Assembly (NCBI GenBank): GCA_039024555.1
Contig: JBCCQQ010000080.1
Coordinates: 1-23,499 of the forward strand
Source: Cyanobacteria bacterium P01_D01_bin.156
Lineage (GTDB): Bacteria > Cyanobacteriota > Cyanobacteriia > Phormidesmidales > Phormidesmidaceae
Length of the DNA stretch: 23,499 nt
Reading direction: 5' to 3'
A program made the position numbers and the translations under genes. The notes below the pieces were generated by a model. The model was not told where the DNA came from. It worked only from the letters and a program-made list of their open reading frames with translations, and did no database searches. Shown one piece after another: positions 8,947 through 18,103 of this stretch. Within the stretch, counting starts at the first letter, position 1. Each line of letters starts with the position of its first letter.

Positions 8947-9531
8947 ATGCAGTCTGAAATGCTTCTTGAACCTGTGATGCCTCGTAAAGGCTGGAAAGGC
9001 CAGCTGGATCGATTGATTGGCCCCGGGGCAACTCCGGCGGAACTGGTGTTACAGTTGCTGCCTGCGGTGGTGGCTGCGATCGTAGCTCCTGTATATGCCT
9101 TAACGCTGCCCATTGACTGGACTCCTTGGCAGCTGGGGGCGATCTCGTTTTTGGGCTTTGACCTGGTTGGCGGTGTGCTGACCAATGCCACGGCTGCGGC
9201 CAAACGCTGGTATCACCGCCCCGGTCAGGGCTGGCGGCAGCATATGGCCTTTGTGGTTGTGCATGTGTTGCACATTGGGCTAGTGGCGCTGCTGTTTCGC
9301 GGCGGGGATGGGCTGTTTTTTGCCAGCGTATTCAGTTATTTGCTGCTGGCCGCCGGGCTGATTTTGGCTAGTCCGCTCTATTTGCAACGCCCGATTGCTC
9401 TAGGGCTATATGGGCTGGTCTTGGTTTGCGATCGCTCTCTTTTTACTCCCACACCAGGCTTGGAATGGTTCCTGCCGCTATTTTTCCTAAAGCTGTTGGT
9501 CAGTCATTTGCTCAAGGAATCTTCTTGCTGA
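8947..9531 (+). CDS. Conserved hypothetical integral membrane protein
   Basis: ATG 8947 after GAGGT; several TM segments; D..GG...NAT..AKRWYH and H..H motifs. Confidence 0.8.
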   Translation: MQSEMLLEPVMPRKGWKGQLDRLIGPGATPAELVLQLLPAVVAAIVAPVYALTLPIDWTPWQLGAISFLGFDLVGGVLTNATAAAKRWYHRPGQGWRQHMAFVVVHVLHIGLVALLFRGGDGLFFASVFSYLLLAAGLILASPLYLQRPIALGLYGLVLVCDRSLFTPTPGLEWFLPLFFLKLLVSHLLKESSC

Positions 9532-9587
9532 TAGCCAATAGGGCTTTTTTCTACAAACATTGAACATTTCTTTTTGAGGTCAACACC

Positions 9588-10121
9588 ATGACATTACGCA
9601 TCAAACACTGGGTGGCTGGTTTACTTGGAATTTCTGGCATTGCCCTCGGCACACTGGTACCCGGCGGTCCCATCGAAACGCGCAGTTTTGTTCACATTCA
9701 TCCCCTCACGTTGGGATTGTTCAACACATTTTTGACAACCTTGGTGTTAGGTAGTCTGGTCTTGGTTTACTTTGTTTTGCAATCTAAACGCTGGGCTATG
9801 GTCGCCGCTGCCGCTGCTGGGTTGTCCTACCTTGGAGTGTACGGCCTAGACTTGGTTAAGATTTTTCCTGTCTCTCCTGATGCCATGCCCCCCGCGTTAC
9901 TCGCGATCGAAGTGTTGGGAACAGTGCTCTCATTTCCCCTAATGGCACTGTCGATTCAAGCTCTGCAAGCGTCGAGGCAAGTAACATTTGCGGATGTTGC
10001 CTTTCCCCAGTCTGAAAATCATCTCTCTTTCCAACTGCCACATGTTGTTCTTACCATTGGCTTAGGAATGTTAGCGCTGGGCATTATCACGTTTGCCACC
10101 AACTCAGCCATGGGGCTTTGA
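9588..10121 (+). CDS. Hypothetical integral membrane protein
   Basis: GAGGT RBS; 5 hydrophobic segments; PGGPIETRSF and FPVSP..MP motifs. Confidence 0.75.
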   Translation: MTLRIKHWVAGLLGISGIALGTLVPGGPIETRSFVHIHPLTLGLFNTFLTTLVLGSLVLVYFVLQSKRWAMVAAAAAGLSYLGVYGLDLVKIFPVSPDAMPPALLAIEVLGTVLSFPLMALSIQALQASRQVTFADVAFPQSENHLSFQLPHVVLTIGLGMLALGIITFATNSAMGL

Positions 10122-10175
10122 GGGCATAGCAAGCAGATAACATAACACTCTGATATTGTTGGAGAACTCACTAAC

Positions 10176-11300
10176 ATGATGACTCAAAATAGTATTCTGA
10201 TTGCTGGAGGTTATGGCGTTGTTGGTCAACAACTTGCCACACTCATTCGCCAACGCCATCCTGACCTACCGTTAATTATCGCTGGACGAAACCTAGCAAA
10301 AGCCCAAACCTTAGCGCAAGAACTAGGCAATGCCAGCGGTTTTCAGCTTGATACGGAACAGCCCAAGCCCTTACAAGGTGAAAAACCTAGAGCTGTTGTT
10401 GCTGTAGTTAATGATTCCCATGATTATTTACTGATGGATGTTGTACAACAGGGTATTCCTTACCTGGATGTAACACGGTGGACAGAACGGCTGCGATCAT
10501 CCATCGCAAAACTGGCAAGTAATTCTTTAAAAGCGCCAGTCTTATTCTCCTCTGGGTGGATGGGGGGTATTGCAGCGGTACTTGCAGTGGCAGCGACTCA
10601 AACGCTACAGACTGTTGAGAGTATCGATATCGGTGTTTTATTCTCGCTCCAAGATAAGTCTGGCCCTAACTCTGTTGAATACATGGATCGATTGGCCACC
10701 CCCTTTGACACACTGATTGACGGTCAACCTAAACAGGTATTTCCCTACACCGATCCACGGACAATCACATTTCCCAATGGATATACCACGCCCGTATATC
10801 GCTTTGATACGCCGGATCAGCTTACATTGCCACAGACCACAGGCGCTAAAACAGTGGCTGCCCGCATTGCCTTCGATGATGCGTTTTCGACAAATCTCCT
10901 ACGATTCTTGACACGGTCTGGTATTTGGAAATTGATTAGCGGCGACCGTTTCAAGCCGCTACGGCACGCTCTCCTCTACAATCCCGGTAGTGGTGCTAGT
11001 CATCAAATTCACATCACGGCTACTGGCCAGGACGCCAACGGCTCTGCTAGAACAGTTACTGCTACCATCGTGGATCCACAGGGCCAGACCCACCTCACTG
11101 CATTGGGCGCATTGGTTCAACTAGAGCGCCTACTGGGTCTAGATAAGGGTGTTCCACCAGCACCGGGTATTGTTTTTCCAGACACAGCCCCACAGATTGA
11201 GCAAGCGTTACAGATACTAAACCATTTTGGCGTAAGCGTTTCACAAGTAGACAATAGTGCTAAAGGAGTATCTCTTCCCATCCCATCCTTCGCTCAGTAA
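10176..11300 (+). CDS. Saccharopine-dehydrogenase-like NAD(P)-binding oxidoreductase
   Basis: ILIAGGYGVVG, IIAGRN..KA, GIPYLD, SSGWMGG; GGAGA RBS. Confidence 0.85.
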   Translation: MMTQNSILIAGGYGVVGQQLATLIRQRHPDLPLIIAGRNLAKAQTLAQELGNASGFQLDTEQPKPLQGEKPRAVVAVVNDSHDYLLMDVVQQGIPYLDVTRWTERLRSSIAKLASNSLKAPVLFSSGWMGGIAAVLAVAATQTLQTVESIDIGVLFSLQDKSGPNSVEYMDRLATPFDTLIDGQPKQVFPYTDPRTITFPNGYTTPVYRFDTPDQLTLPQTTGAKTVAARIAFDDAFSTNLLRFLTRSGIWKLISGDRFKPLRHALLYNPGSGASHQIHITATGQDANGSARTVTATIVDPQGQTHLTALGALVQLERLLGLDKGVPPAPGIVFPDTAPQIEQALQILNHFGVSVSQVDNSAKGVSLPIPSFAQ

Positions 11301-11333
11301 TAACCAAAATAACAATTTCAAGGAGATAAGCTA

Positions 11334-11627
11334 ATGAGTGCCTATGTTGTAGCCCAGATACAAATCAACGATCCGGATGAATATCAAAACTATCTAGCTG
11401 GTTTTATGCCGGTTTTTAAGCGACATGGCGGCGAGCTACTCGCGACTCCAAAAAATCAAACCGTTGTAGTTGAGGGAACTTGGGCCTATCCAAATACGGT
11501 CATTATGAAATTCCCCAGCATGGCCGCTGCCCAAGCATGGCATGATGATCCAGACTATAAAGCTCTTACAGAGTATCGAAATCGGTCCGCTGACTCTAAC
11601 CTTGCAATAGTTGACGGAATTTCGTGA
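11334..11627 (+). CDS. DUF1330 family protein
   Basis: AYVV...I.DP..Y..Y......F..HGG, EG.W, FPS..AA.AW...P.Y and R motifs; AAGGAG RBS. Confidence 0.9.
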   Translation: MSAYVVAQIQINDPDEYQNYLAGFMPVFKRHGGELLATPKNQTVVVEGTWAYPNTVIMKFPSMAAAQAWHDDPDYKALTEYRNRSADSNLAIVDGIS

Positions 11628-11792
11628 AAGACTATTTTGAGTAAGTCAATGCAAATGAATAAAGCAACGTAAAAAGGCGAAACTGACACACTCAGTATGG
11701 CATTTTAATATTGTCGGAGCACCATTTAAACGATGATGATTCAAAAGTCACGGGTTGCCCCATGCGTAATTTCATCAACTACATCCCTATAT

Positions 11793-11832
11793 TAGTTGCA
11801 AGATACAACTAAATAGTTGCATAATCGAACTA
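11793..11832 (+). promoter_or_regulatory. Promoter with two tandem palindromic MarR operators
   Basis: TAGTTG-N7-CAACTA (11793-11811) and TAGTTG-N7-GAACTA (11814-11832), 21 bp apart, overlapping TTGCAA (11796) -N18- CATAAT (11820). Confidence 0.75.
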
Positions 11833-11856
11833 TTGATTGAATATCATCGGTGCAGA

Positions 11857-12288
11857 ATGACTGATTTGCCTGATCTACAGGGCCAGTTGATTGCTTTAAT
11901 TAGAGCGTTTGGTTTACATCGTCCAAACCAAACCCCTTGTGGACAGGCAGTAACGGTTGCAGAAGCTCATGCCTTGATGGAACTGACTGATGCTAAGCTT
12001 CTCTCTCAAAATGAATTGGCAACGCGCTTGGGGCTAGAAAAAAGTACGGTTAGTCGCCTAGCCAAAATCTTGGAAAAACGAGGTTGGCTCGAACGTAATC
12101 GGAATGATATGGATCGGAGAGTAATGCAGCTGGCATTAACAAAAGATGGACGACAAGCGGCAGAGCAGCTTGCTACTGCTCGTCGAGAAAAATTTACTCG
12201 AATACTCTCCTCAATTCCTAAAGTGCAACGAGTACAGGTGCTTGATTCGTTAAAAATTCTTGTGAAGGCTATTTATGAAAGTGAATAA
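11857..12288 (+). CDS. MarR-family transcriptional regulator
   Basis: LSQNELATRLGLEKSTVSRLAKILEKRGWLER...DRR...LALT..G winged HTH. ATG 11857 preferred over 11833. Confidence 0.93.
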   Translation: MTDLPDLQGQLIALIRAFGLHRPNQTPCGQAVTVAEAHALMELTDAKLLSQNELATRLGLEKSTVSRLAKILEKRGWLERNRNDMDRRVMQLALTKDGRQAAEQLATARREKFTRILSSIPKVQRVQVLDSLKILVKAIYESE

Positions 12289-12790
12289 TTCTTGGCGTAT
12301 CAATTTTCAAAACCCATTGCTTTGGGGTGCTATCCTCGCTGTCATTTCTTTTTCTGGCATCATTCTATACCGTCAAACCCTTACACTTCATCAACGCCAG
12401 GCTGAAGTGGCTTTGCGCGGGGCTCATGTTATGCCTTTTGACCTGGAAAAAACAACCCACCATTTTGAAAAAATGCAAGATGGTGGACTGCAAACCGTCG
12501 TTGTAGATAACCCTATAGAAATTGAACAGGTAAGACTCATTCAGAGTCATCTTCAAGAAGAAGCCGCTAAATTCCAGGCAGGTGATTTTTCTGATCCTGC
12601 TGCTATTCATGGGGATACAATGCCTGGATTAAAGACCCTTGCGTCAGGCTACCGTGATATTAAAATCGAGTACACAGCTTTGCCAAACGGAGGCCAAATT
12701 CGTTACACCACCCAGACCCCCGGTCTTGTTTCAGCCGTACATGACTGGTTCGCTGCACAGCTTTCTGATCATGGGCATCATGCTCAATGA
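12275..12790 (+). CDS. Membrane-anchored His/Met-rich hypothetical protein (MPFDL..TTH.F family)
   Basis: One N-terminal TM; HVMPFD, THHF, IHGDTMPG and C-terminal HDWF..QLSDHGHH. Overlaps the marR stop. Confidence 0.75.
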   Translation: MKVNNSWRINFQNPLLWGAILAVISFSGIILYRQTLTLHQRQAEVALRGAHVMPFDLEKTTHHFEKMQDGGLQTVVVDNPIEIEQVRLIQSHLQEEAAKFQAGDFSDPAAIHGDTMPGLKTLASGYRDIKIEYTALPNGGQIRYTTQTPGLVSAVHDWFAAQLSDHGHHAQ

Positions 12791-12868
12791 ACATTGCATG
12801 GTTATTTCATAATGGGTGTTTACATATAAAGCGTGAAATATGGAAATCCTTACTCGTCAGGTGGCCGT

Positions 12869-14278
12869 ATGTACCGTCGTCAATTTCTCAGCTGGATAGC
12901 TGTTGCTGCAAGTGCACCATTGGTGACTCAATGTAATCGCCGTGAAATCATTAATCGTGTTACTAGCCAGGATGGTTTATTAGAGCTATCTCTAACAGCT
13001 CAGGCCGAGAGTCAAACGCTGGCAGGTAAGCGGTCTAGGGTGTTAGCGTACAACGGCCAAATTCCAGGACCTCTTCTAGAAGCTCGTGCAGGAGATACCG
13101 TTCATTTAACCTTAACCAATCAGCTAGATACCCCTACCAATCTCCACTATCACGGATTACATCTTTCACCTGAAATTGACGATGTGTTTCGAGAAGTAGC
13201 CCCTGGTGAAAGCTACACCTATGAGTTTTCAATCCCATCTAACCACCCAGCAATAACAGCCTGGTATCACCCCCACTATCATCTAGATGTTGCCCGACAG
13301 GTTTTTGGTGGATTAGCAGGCCCATTCATCATTAGAGGTGACCTAGATGAGATTCCTGAACTGCAGCAAGCAGATGAAGCATTACTAGTCCTGCAGGACT
13401 TTGAGCCTACATTCCAGTTAGCAGAACCCCATTCGTTGGGTAAGAAATGGGGGCGTGAAGGATCATTACTACTGGCAAATGGTCAGCATAATCCGGTTAT
13501 ATCAATGCGGCAGAATGGTCTGCTGCGGCTACGATTAATCAACACATCAGCATCGCGGATTTATCAATTACAGTTACCGAATCATCCCTGGTTTTTGATA
13601 GCAACGGATAGGGGGGCCATTTCGGAACCCACCCAACTGGATATCCTGCGTTTATCACCTGGTGAGCGGGCGGAACTATTAATTTCAGGTCAACAGACGC
13701 CAGGTGATTATCGGCTAATCAGCTTACCCTACGATCGTGGCATTAACGATATGGTGACGTCGTTGGGAACGGCTGTTGAACAGATGTCGGGAGTTGTTGA
13801 GCCAGTTGAAACCACTTTGGCCACTCTACGCTATCAACCAGGCACGTATCCTGAGCCTTTACCTTTTCCCCAAGAACTAATTCCTGTTGAACCACTGCCG
13901 GCGCCGGACCACACCCGAGAATTTGTACTTAATCATGGTGTTGGTGGGGGAGTAAGCGGGTTTATTATCAACGGTAAATCCTTTGATATGAATCGTGTAG
14001 ATACACAGGTTAAGCTCAATGATGTGGAGGACTGGCGAATTGTTAATCAGGCCAGTATCGATCATCCATTTCATCTACATACCAATCGTTTTCAGGTAAT
14101 TGAGCGCAATGGCCAACCAGAACCTTTTCTATCTTGGAAAGATACCGTCAGTATCAAGGGATATGAGACTGTTACTATCCGAGTGCGCTTTGAAGACTTT
14201 ATTGGACGTACGGTTTATCATTGTCACATTCTTGACCATGAAGATCAGGGAATGATGGGCATTTTAGAGATTTCTTAG
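12869..14278 (+). CDS. Three-domain multicopper oxidase (CueO/laccase-like), Tat-exported, probable lipoprotein
   Basis: All four Cu motifs present: NLHYHG, WYHPH, HPFHLH, HCHILDHEDQGM. N-terminus MYRRQFL...LVTQC. ATG 12869 preferred over GTG 12833. Confidence 0.95.
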   Translation: MYRRQFLSWIAVAASAPLVTQCNRREIINRVTSQDGLLELSLTAQAESQTLAGKRSRVLAYNGQIPGPLLEARAGDTVHLTLTNQLDTPTNLHYHGLHLSPEIDDVFREVAPGESYTYEFSIPSNHPAITAWYHPHYHLDVARQVFGGLAGPFIIRGDLDEIPELQQADEALLVLQDFEPTFQLAEPHSLGKKWGREGSLLLANGQHNPVISMRQNGLLRLRLINTSASRIYQLQLPNHPWFLIATDRGAISEPTQLDILRLSPGERAELLISGQQTPGDYRLISLPYDRGINDMVTSLGTAVEQMSGVVEPVETTLATLRYQPGTYPEPLPFPQELIPVEPLPAPDHTREFVLNHGVGGGVSGFIINGKSFDMNRVDTQVKLNDVEDWRIVNQASIDHPFHLHTNRFQVIERNGQPEPFLSWKDTVSIKGYETVTIRVRFEDFIGRTVYHCHILDHEDQGMMGILEIS

Positions 14279-14613
14279 ATGTTGTTTCTTGAGTTAGTTC
14301 AATCACAGGATAAACAGGCCTATTAAAATTAGCAGAAGCACTTGAACAAAAACTGAAGTGTCATCCAAATCGCCGCTGATGCTACTGTCGATTTAAGCTG
14401 TGCAAACACCGAGGCAAAGAGCATGTGCTGATGTCCTCGTTTTTCAGTCTGATAATCGTATTCATTTCCAAATGCCATACATTGCAGATGCCTCCGCTGA
14501 TTTATGCGCTATATGTGAGGTTAATGTGCAGAAACCGATAGAATCGGCCGGGAGCTATCAAAAATTCTGGGGTCAAAAGATATACTGAGTAAACTAATCA
14601 TCCCAAAGCTGTC

Positions 14614-15207
14614 ATGGCCAACCTCAAGCGTACCCGCGAGGATATTTTGAAATCGGTGGTTGACACAGTCCATCGTCAAGGGCTTACAGCAACTGGGTTG
14701 AGCAAATTATTTCAGGTTAGTGGTGCATCATCGGGGAGTTTTTATAACTACTTCCAATCTAAAAATGAGCTAGGCCACGCTCTGATCGATTTTGAATGGT
14801 CACAGCTGCAGGCAAATGTGTTAGAACCTGCCATCTCCAAAAGTGATGACCCTATTCAACAGATCTTTTGGATTTTGGATCGGCTGGAAGAGAAACAACT
14901 TAAGGAACCTAAGTGTGGCGGCTGTCTGCTGGGCAATTTAATCGTGGATTTGGTGGAACAAGATAACTCTTTTCGCGAACACCTGATGCAGATATTTAGC
15001 AAGTGGGAAGGTGCCATAGCCCAAACCCTGCGACAGGCTAAGCCTCAGCTGCGAGCTGATATCAATCCTGAACAACTGGCGGAACAGTTGATTACCTCAA
15101 TTGAAGGAGCGATGCTAATGGGAAAATTGCATCGCGATAAAACTCGGTTGGCACGAGGATTTAATATCGCACGACAAATTTTAAAGAATGCACAGCGCCC
15201 CTGCTAA
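14614..15207 (+). CDS. TetR/AcrR-family regulator (NemR/YxaF-like)
   Basis: G..ATGLS.L...SG.S.GSFYNYF.SK.EL HTH; C-domain CGGCLLGNL..., IEGA. Confidence 0.92.
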   Translation: MANLKRTREDILKSVVDTVHRQGLTATGLSKLFQVSGASSGSFYNYFQSKNELGHALIDFEWSQLQANVLEPAISKSDDPIQQIFWILDRLEEKQLKEPKCGGCLLGNLIVDLVEQDNSFREHLMQIFSKWEGAIAQTLRQAKPQLRADINPEQLAEQLITSIEGAMLMGKLHRDKTRLARGFNIARQILKNAQRPC

Positions 15208-15252
15208 TTTAGGGGATGCAATGATCCGTAAGACCTTAAAGACAATAAACCC

Positions 15253-16005
15253 CTAGCGCACCTGGGCTAAGGCTGTTTCTACTTCTTCTGGTGATAAAGC
15301 TGGGGATAGCACCTGACCATTGAGCATAAAAAAGGGTGTTCCGCTTAGTCGAATGGATGTGGCTTGGGTTATGTCGTTTGCGATCGCAACAACCGCTTCC
15401 TCACTATTACGATCTTTCTCAAACTGGTCTAAATCCAAGCCTAATTCATCAGCCAACTGCCGGTAAAGAGACTCTCCTAATTCTTCCTGATGGTCATAGA
15501 GTGCATCATAATAGGCCCAAAATTGTCCTTGTTGTTGAGCCGCCCAAGCCGCTTGAGCAGAAGGCTGCGCCTGATCATGAATACTGACCAGAGGAAAGTG
15601 TTTATAAACAAACGTGATGTCTGGATACTGTGTCAACAGTTCCTTAACTCGGTCGTGGGCTTTAGCACAGTAGGGACATTGAAAATCTGCAAATTCCAAC
15701 AGCACAATTGACTGTTGCGAAGAACCCGCAGTCGGTGCATTACCAATCACCGCTGCAGGATTTGCCTGCATTTGTTGAGAGAATGCAGCTTGCGCCTGTC
15801 GCGTGGCTTCCTGCTGTTCCTGTTGATACACCTGAACAGACTCTATAATCGCCTCTGGATGATTGCGAATAATCTGGAGCACCTGTTCTTCCAGAGCGGC
15901 ATCTACCCCAGCAACCCCTGCATTGAATCCGGTAAAGCCGCATAACCCTATGGCAACCAGACAGGTACAAAGCAATATCCACACACGAACCTGGCGCATA
16001 ACCAT
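15253..16005 (-). CDS. DsbA-family thioredoxin-fold protein (Com1/ScsC-like)
   Basis: EFADFQCPYC active site, YKHFPL, cis-Pro GTP; N-terminal signal/TM and IIRNHPE.I helical linker. Confidence 0.92.
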   Translation of the reverse strand: MVMRQVRVWILLCTCLVAIGLCGFTGFNAGVAGVDAALEEQVLQIIRNHPEAIIESVQVYQQEQQEATRQAQAAFSQQMQANPAAVIGNAPTAGSSQQSIVLLEFADFQCPYCAKAHDRVKELLTQYPDITFVYKHFPLVSIHDQAQPSAQAAWAAQQQGQFWAYYDALYDHQEELGESLYRQLADELGLDLDQFEKDRNSEEAVVAIANDITQATSIRLSGTPFFMLNGQVLSPALSPEEVETALAQVR

Positions 16006-16291
16006 CCCTCAGTGATGAATTTCAGACAACCATCACCATACAGAGGAGTTTGCTTTTTCCTCAAATTATCCCGTTTTTTGTAACATGAGCAGGCTGCTTC
16101 TCAGAGAGACTGCTCCTTTAATCCGGTAAGAAATGCACACGAAAATGAGATACCGCTTTAAGTCCGGACAATACATAGCTCTCCTTGATAAGGCAGGGCT
16201 GTTTCATTATCTGGACAGAAAATCTAAAGGCATTGGAAGCTGCTCATTTGAAAAAAGGCATGTTCTACTTGGACGTGAGCAGAATCCCCCT

Positions 16292-16762
16292 CTACTCCGG
16301 AGAATCAATCAATCCTGGATGCTCTTCAGGGCGAGGACCTGGCGCAGGCCAGAAGAAACGCCGTTCCTCTTCGGTAATTGGTTTATCGTTAATGCTGGCC
16401 TCACGACGACGCATCAACCCATCATCATCAAATTCCCAATTTTCATTGCCGTAGGCACGGAACCATTGGCCTGCATCATCGTGCCACTCGTACTGAAATC
16501 GCACCGCAATGCGTCGCTCGCTAAAGGCCCACATCTCTTTAGTTAACCGATAATCCAGTTCCTTATCCCATTTACGGGTCAAAAACTCTCGAATAGCCTC
16601 TCGTCCCTGAAAAATCTCAGCCCGGTTCCGCCAGTGGCTATTTTCTGAGTACGCCATGGAAACCCGCTGAGCATCGCGACTGTTCCAGGCATCTTCCGCC
16701 ATACGGACCTTCTTCATAGCGATCTCACGGGTAAACGGAGGCACCAGTTTCTGAGCTGACAT
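16292..16762 (-). CDS. DUF1348 (NTF2/SnoaL-like) protein
   Basis: PPFT...[18 protein letters not shown]...[34 protein letters not shown]. Confidence 0.93.
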   Translation of the reverse strand: MSAQKLVPPFTREIAMKKVRMAEDAWNSRDAQRVSMAYSENSHWRNRAEIFQGREAIREFLTRKWDKELDYRLTKEMWAFSERRIAVRFQYEWHDDAGQWFRAYGNENWEFDDDGLMRRREASINDKPITEEERRFFWPAPGPRPEEHPGLIDSPE

Positions 16763-17076
16763 AGACTTGAATCCTGAATAAATTCACCAAAGAGTATAGG
16801 TAGAAAGCTTCAACTAGTCATCAGATATTGAAGCACTCTCTGTTCCAGTTCTGGGAGAGACCAGATGCAAGTCCCCAAATATTGAGGGTTGGGGACAAAT
16901 TCTAAGAAGTTAAACAGATCGTTTAGCTTTCAGAAAAGATTGAGCTTACCTACCTAATCCCCTCAACTTATACCTGGCAATGTTGTTGGTCGTATGGGAC
17001 GAACTTTTGGAAAACTAGGACTTTCTTGAGACACCCACCTCTAAAGCGAGATCTTGGTAGATAGCCTTATCGATTT

Positions 17077-17150
17077 AGGGCATCCACAAGGGCGTGCCCC
17101 CACATGGACTCTTGAAATCTGGCATGGAGGCTGTGCCTTGTGGATGCCCT
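17077..17150. repeat. GTAG-type REP doublet (REPIN-like)
   Basis: Perfect 15-bp inverted repeat AGGGCATCCACAAGG (17077-17091) / CCTTGTGGATGCCCT (17136-17150), extending imperfectly inward. Each unit resembles a decayed GTAGGGGC..CCCTTGTGG.TGCCC REP. Confidence 0.65.
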
Positions 17151-17254
17151 TTGATATCTAGGGTAGATAACCCGAACATTACAGGTTTGGAATGGTATTT
17201 CTTACCGATCAATAACATTACCTTTCCCCTCCTGAAAGTTTCTTGTATCTTAAT

Positions 17255-17270
17255 TAGAGTGATCGTTCTA
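17255..17270. promoter_or_regulatory. Candidate TetR operator TAGAGTGATCGTTCTA
   Basis: 12 of 16 positions palindromic, 13 bp before the OsmC-like ATG. A related TAAACAGATCGTTTA lies at 16911-16925 on the DUF1348 side. Confidence 0.5.
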
Positions 17271-17283
17271 TTTGGATAGACCT

Positions 17284-17826
17284 ATGGCCGAAGCAACTAC
17301 CGTGACCGCTGAGGTTACCGCACCGCTTACGCCCATCCCCCAAGATGGCCTGACCGAGCTGGCCGCTAAGAATAAGGCCAACCCCGCCGATAAGACCCTA
17401 AAGGTAAAAACGGTTTGTACTGGTAAGTTTCGCAGCGTTAATTACGCCCGTGACCTGGACCCTTTTGTTATCGATGAACCCCCTGTCCTTTTGGGTGACA
17501 ATACCGCACCTAACCCTTCAGAAATTGTCTTGGGTGCGTTGGGATCGTGTTTGGTTGTAGGCATTCAGGCAAATGCAGCGGCTAAAGGCATTAGCCTAAC
17601 GAAGTTGGAAATTTCCCTCGAAGGTGACATTAACATTGTCAGCACCTGGGGGACTGGAGAATTGGAAAAGCCCCAGATTGGTTTTACCGATGTGCGTGTG
17701 AAGGTGGATATCGATGGCGATGCGGATAAGGCTGTCCTAGATGAGATGGTGGCCCATGCCAATACCTGGTCTCCGGTTTCTGCCACATTGAGCAATCCTA
17801 TGCCGGTATCCGTTTCAACGGTTTAG
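17284..17826 (+). CDS. OsmC/Ohr-family protein, variant lacking the second conserved Cys
   Basis: DEPPVLLGDNTAPNPSE..LGALGSCL, ...LEGDI, GF..VRV; C-terminal WSPV where CPV is usual. ATG 17284. Confidence 0.88.
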   Translation: MAEATTVTAEVTAPLTPIPQDGLTELAAKNKANPADKTLKVKTVCTGKFRSVNYARDLDPFVIDEPPVLLGDNTAPNPSEIVLGALGSCLVVGIQANAAAKGISLTKLEISLEGDINIVSTWGTGELEKPQIGFTDVRVKVDIDGDADKAVLDEMVAHANTWSPVSATLSNPMPVSVSTV

Positions 17827-17890
17827 TTCGAGGGAGTGGATTACTCTTAGAGGTGAAAATTTCTTTCCCTTCTAAGAAAACCGACAACAA

Positions 17891-17993
17891 CTGGTTCCCC
17901 TTACCAAGGGGAACCGTCAGGGAGGGGTATTCGCTCGTTATCGCTAAATTTTGGCTCCTCCGCCTATGGCACCTCCCCTTACCAAGGGGAAGA
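17891..17993. repeat. REPIN/MITE-like palindromic element, copy 2 (inverted relative to 4764-4868)
   Basis: TTCCCCTTACCAAGGGGAACCGTCAGGGAGGGG-spacer-CCTCCGCCTATGGCACCTCCCCTTACCAAGGGGA; arms match copy 1. Confidence 0.8.
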
Positions 17994-18103
17994 ATCAATT
18001 AGGCCTTCATCACATTTAAAATTTCATTGACATCAGCTTCTTAATTTCACTTAGAGATCAATACGCCCAGCGTTATTAAACACATTTAGTCATCAGCATC
18101 ACC

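Noticed and set aside
12275..12790. 'Aspartate carbamoyltransferase' label that I recall being attached to this family
   Set aside because: No ATCase motifs (STRT, HPTQ); far too short and membrane-anchored.
17155..17200. TCTAGGGT as the start of a guanidine-I (ykkC) riboswitch ahead of an ABC-type operon
   Set aside because: Lacks the following TCCG and the 3' AAAAGCCCGGGAG-type conserved stem.
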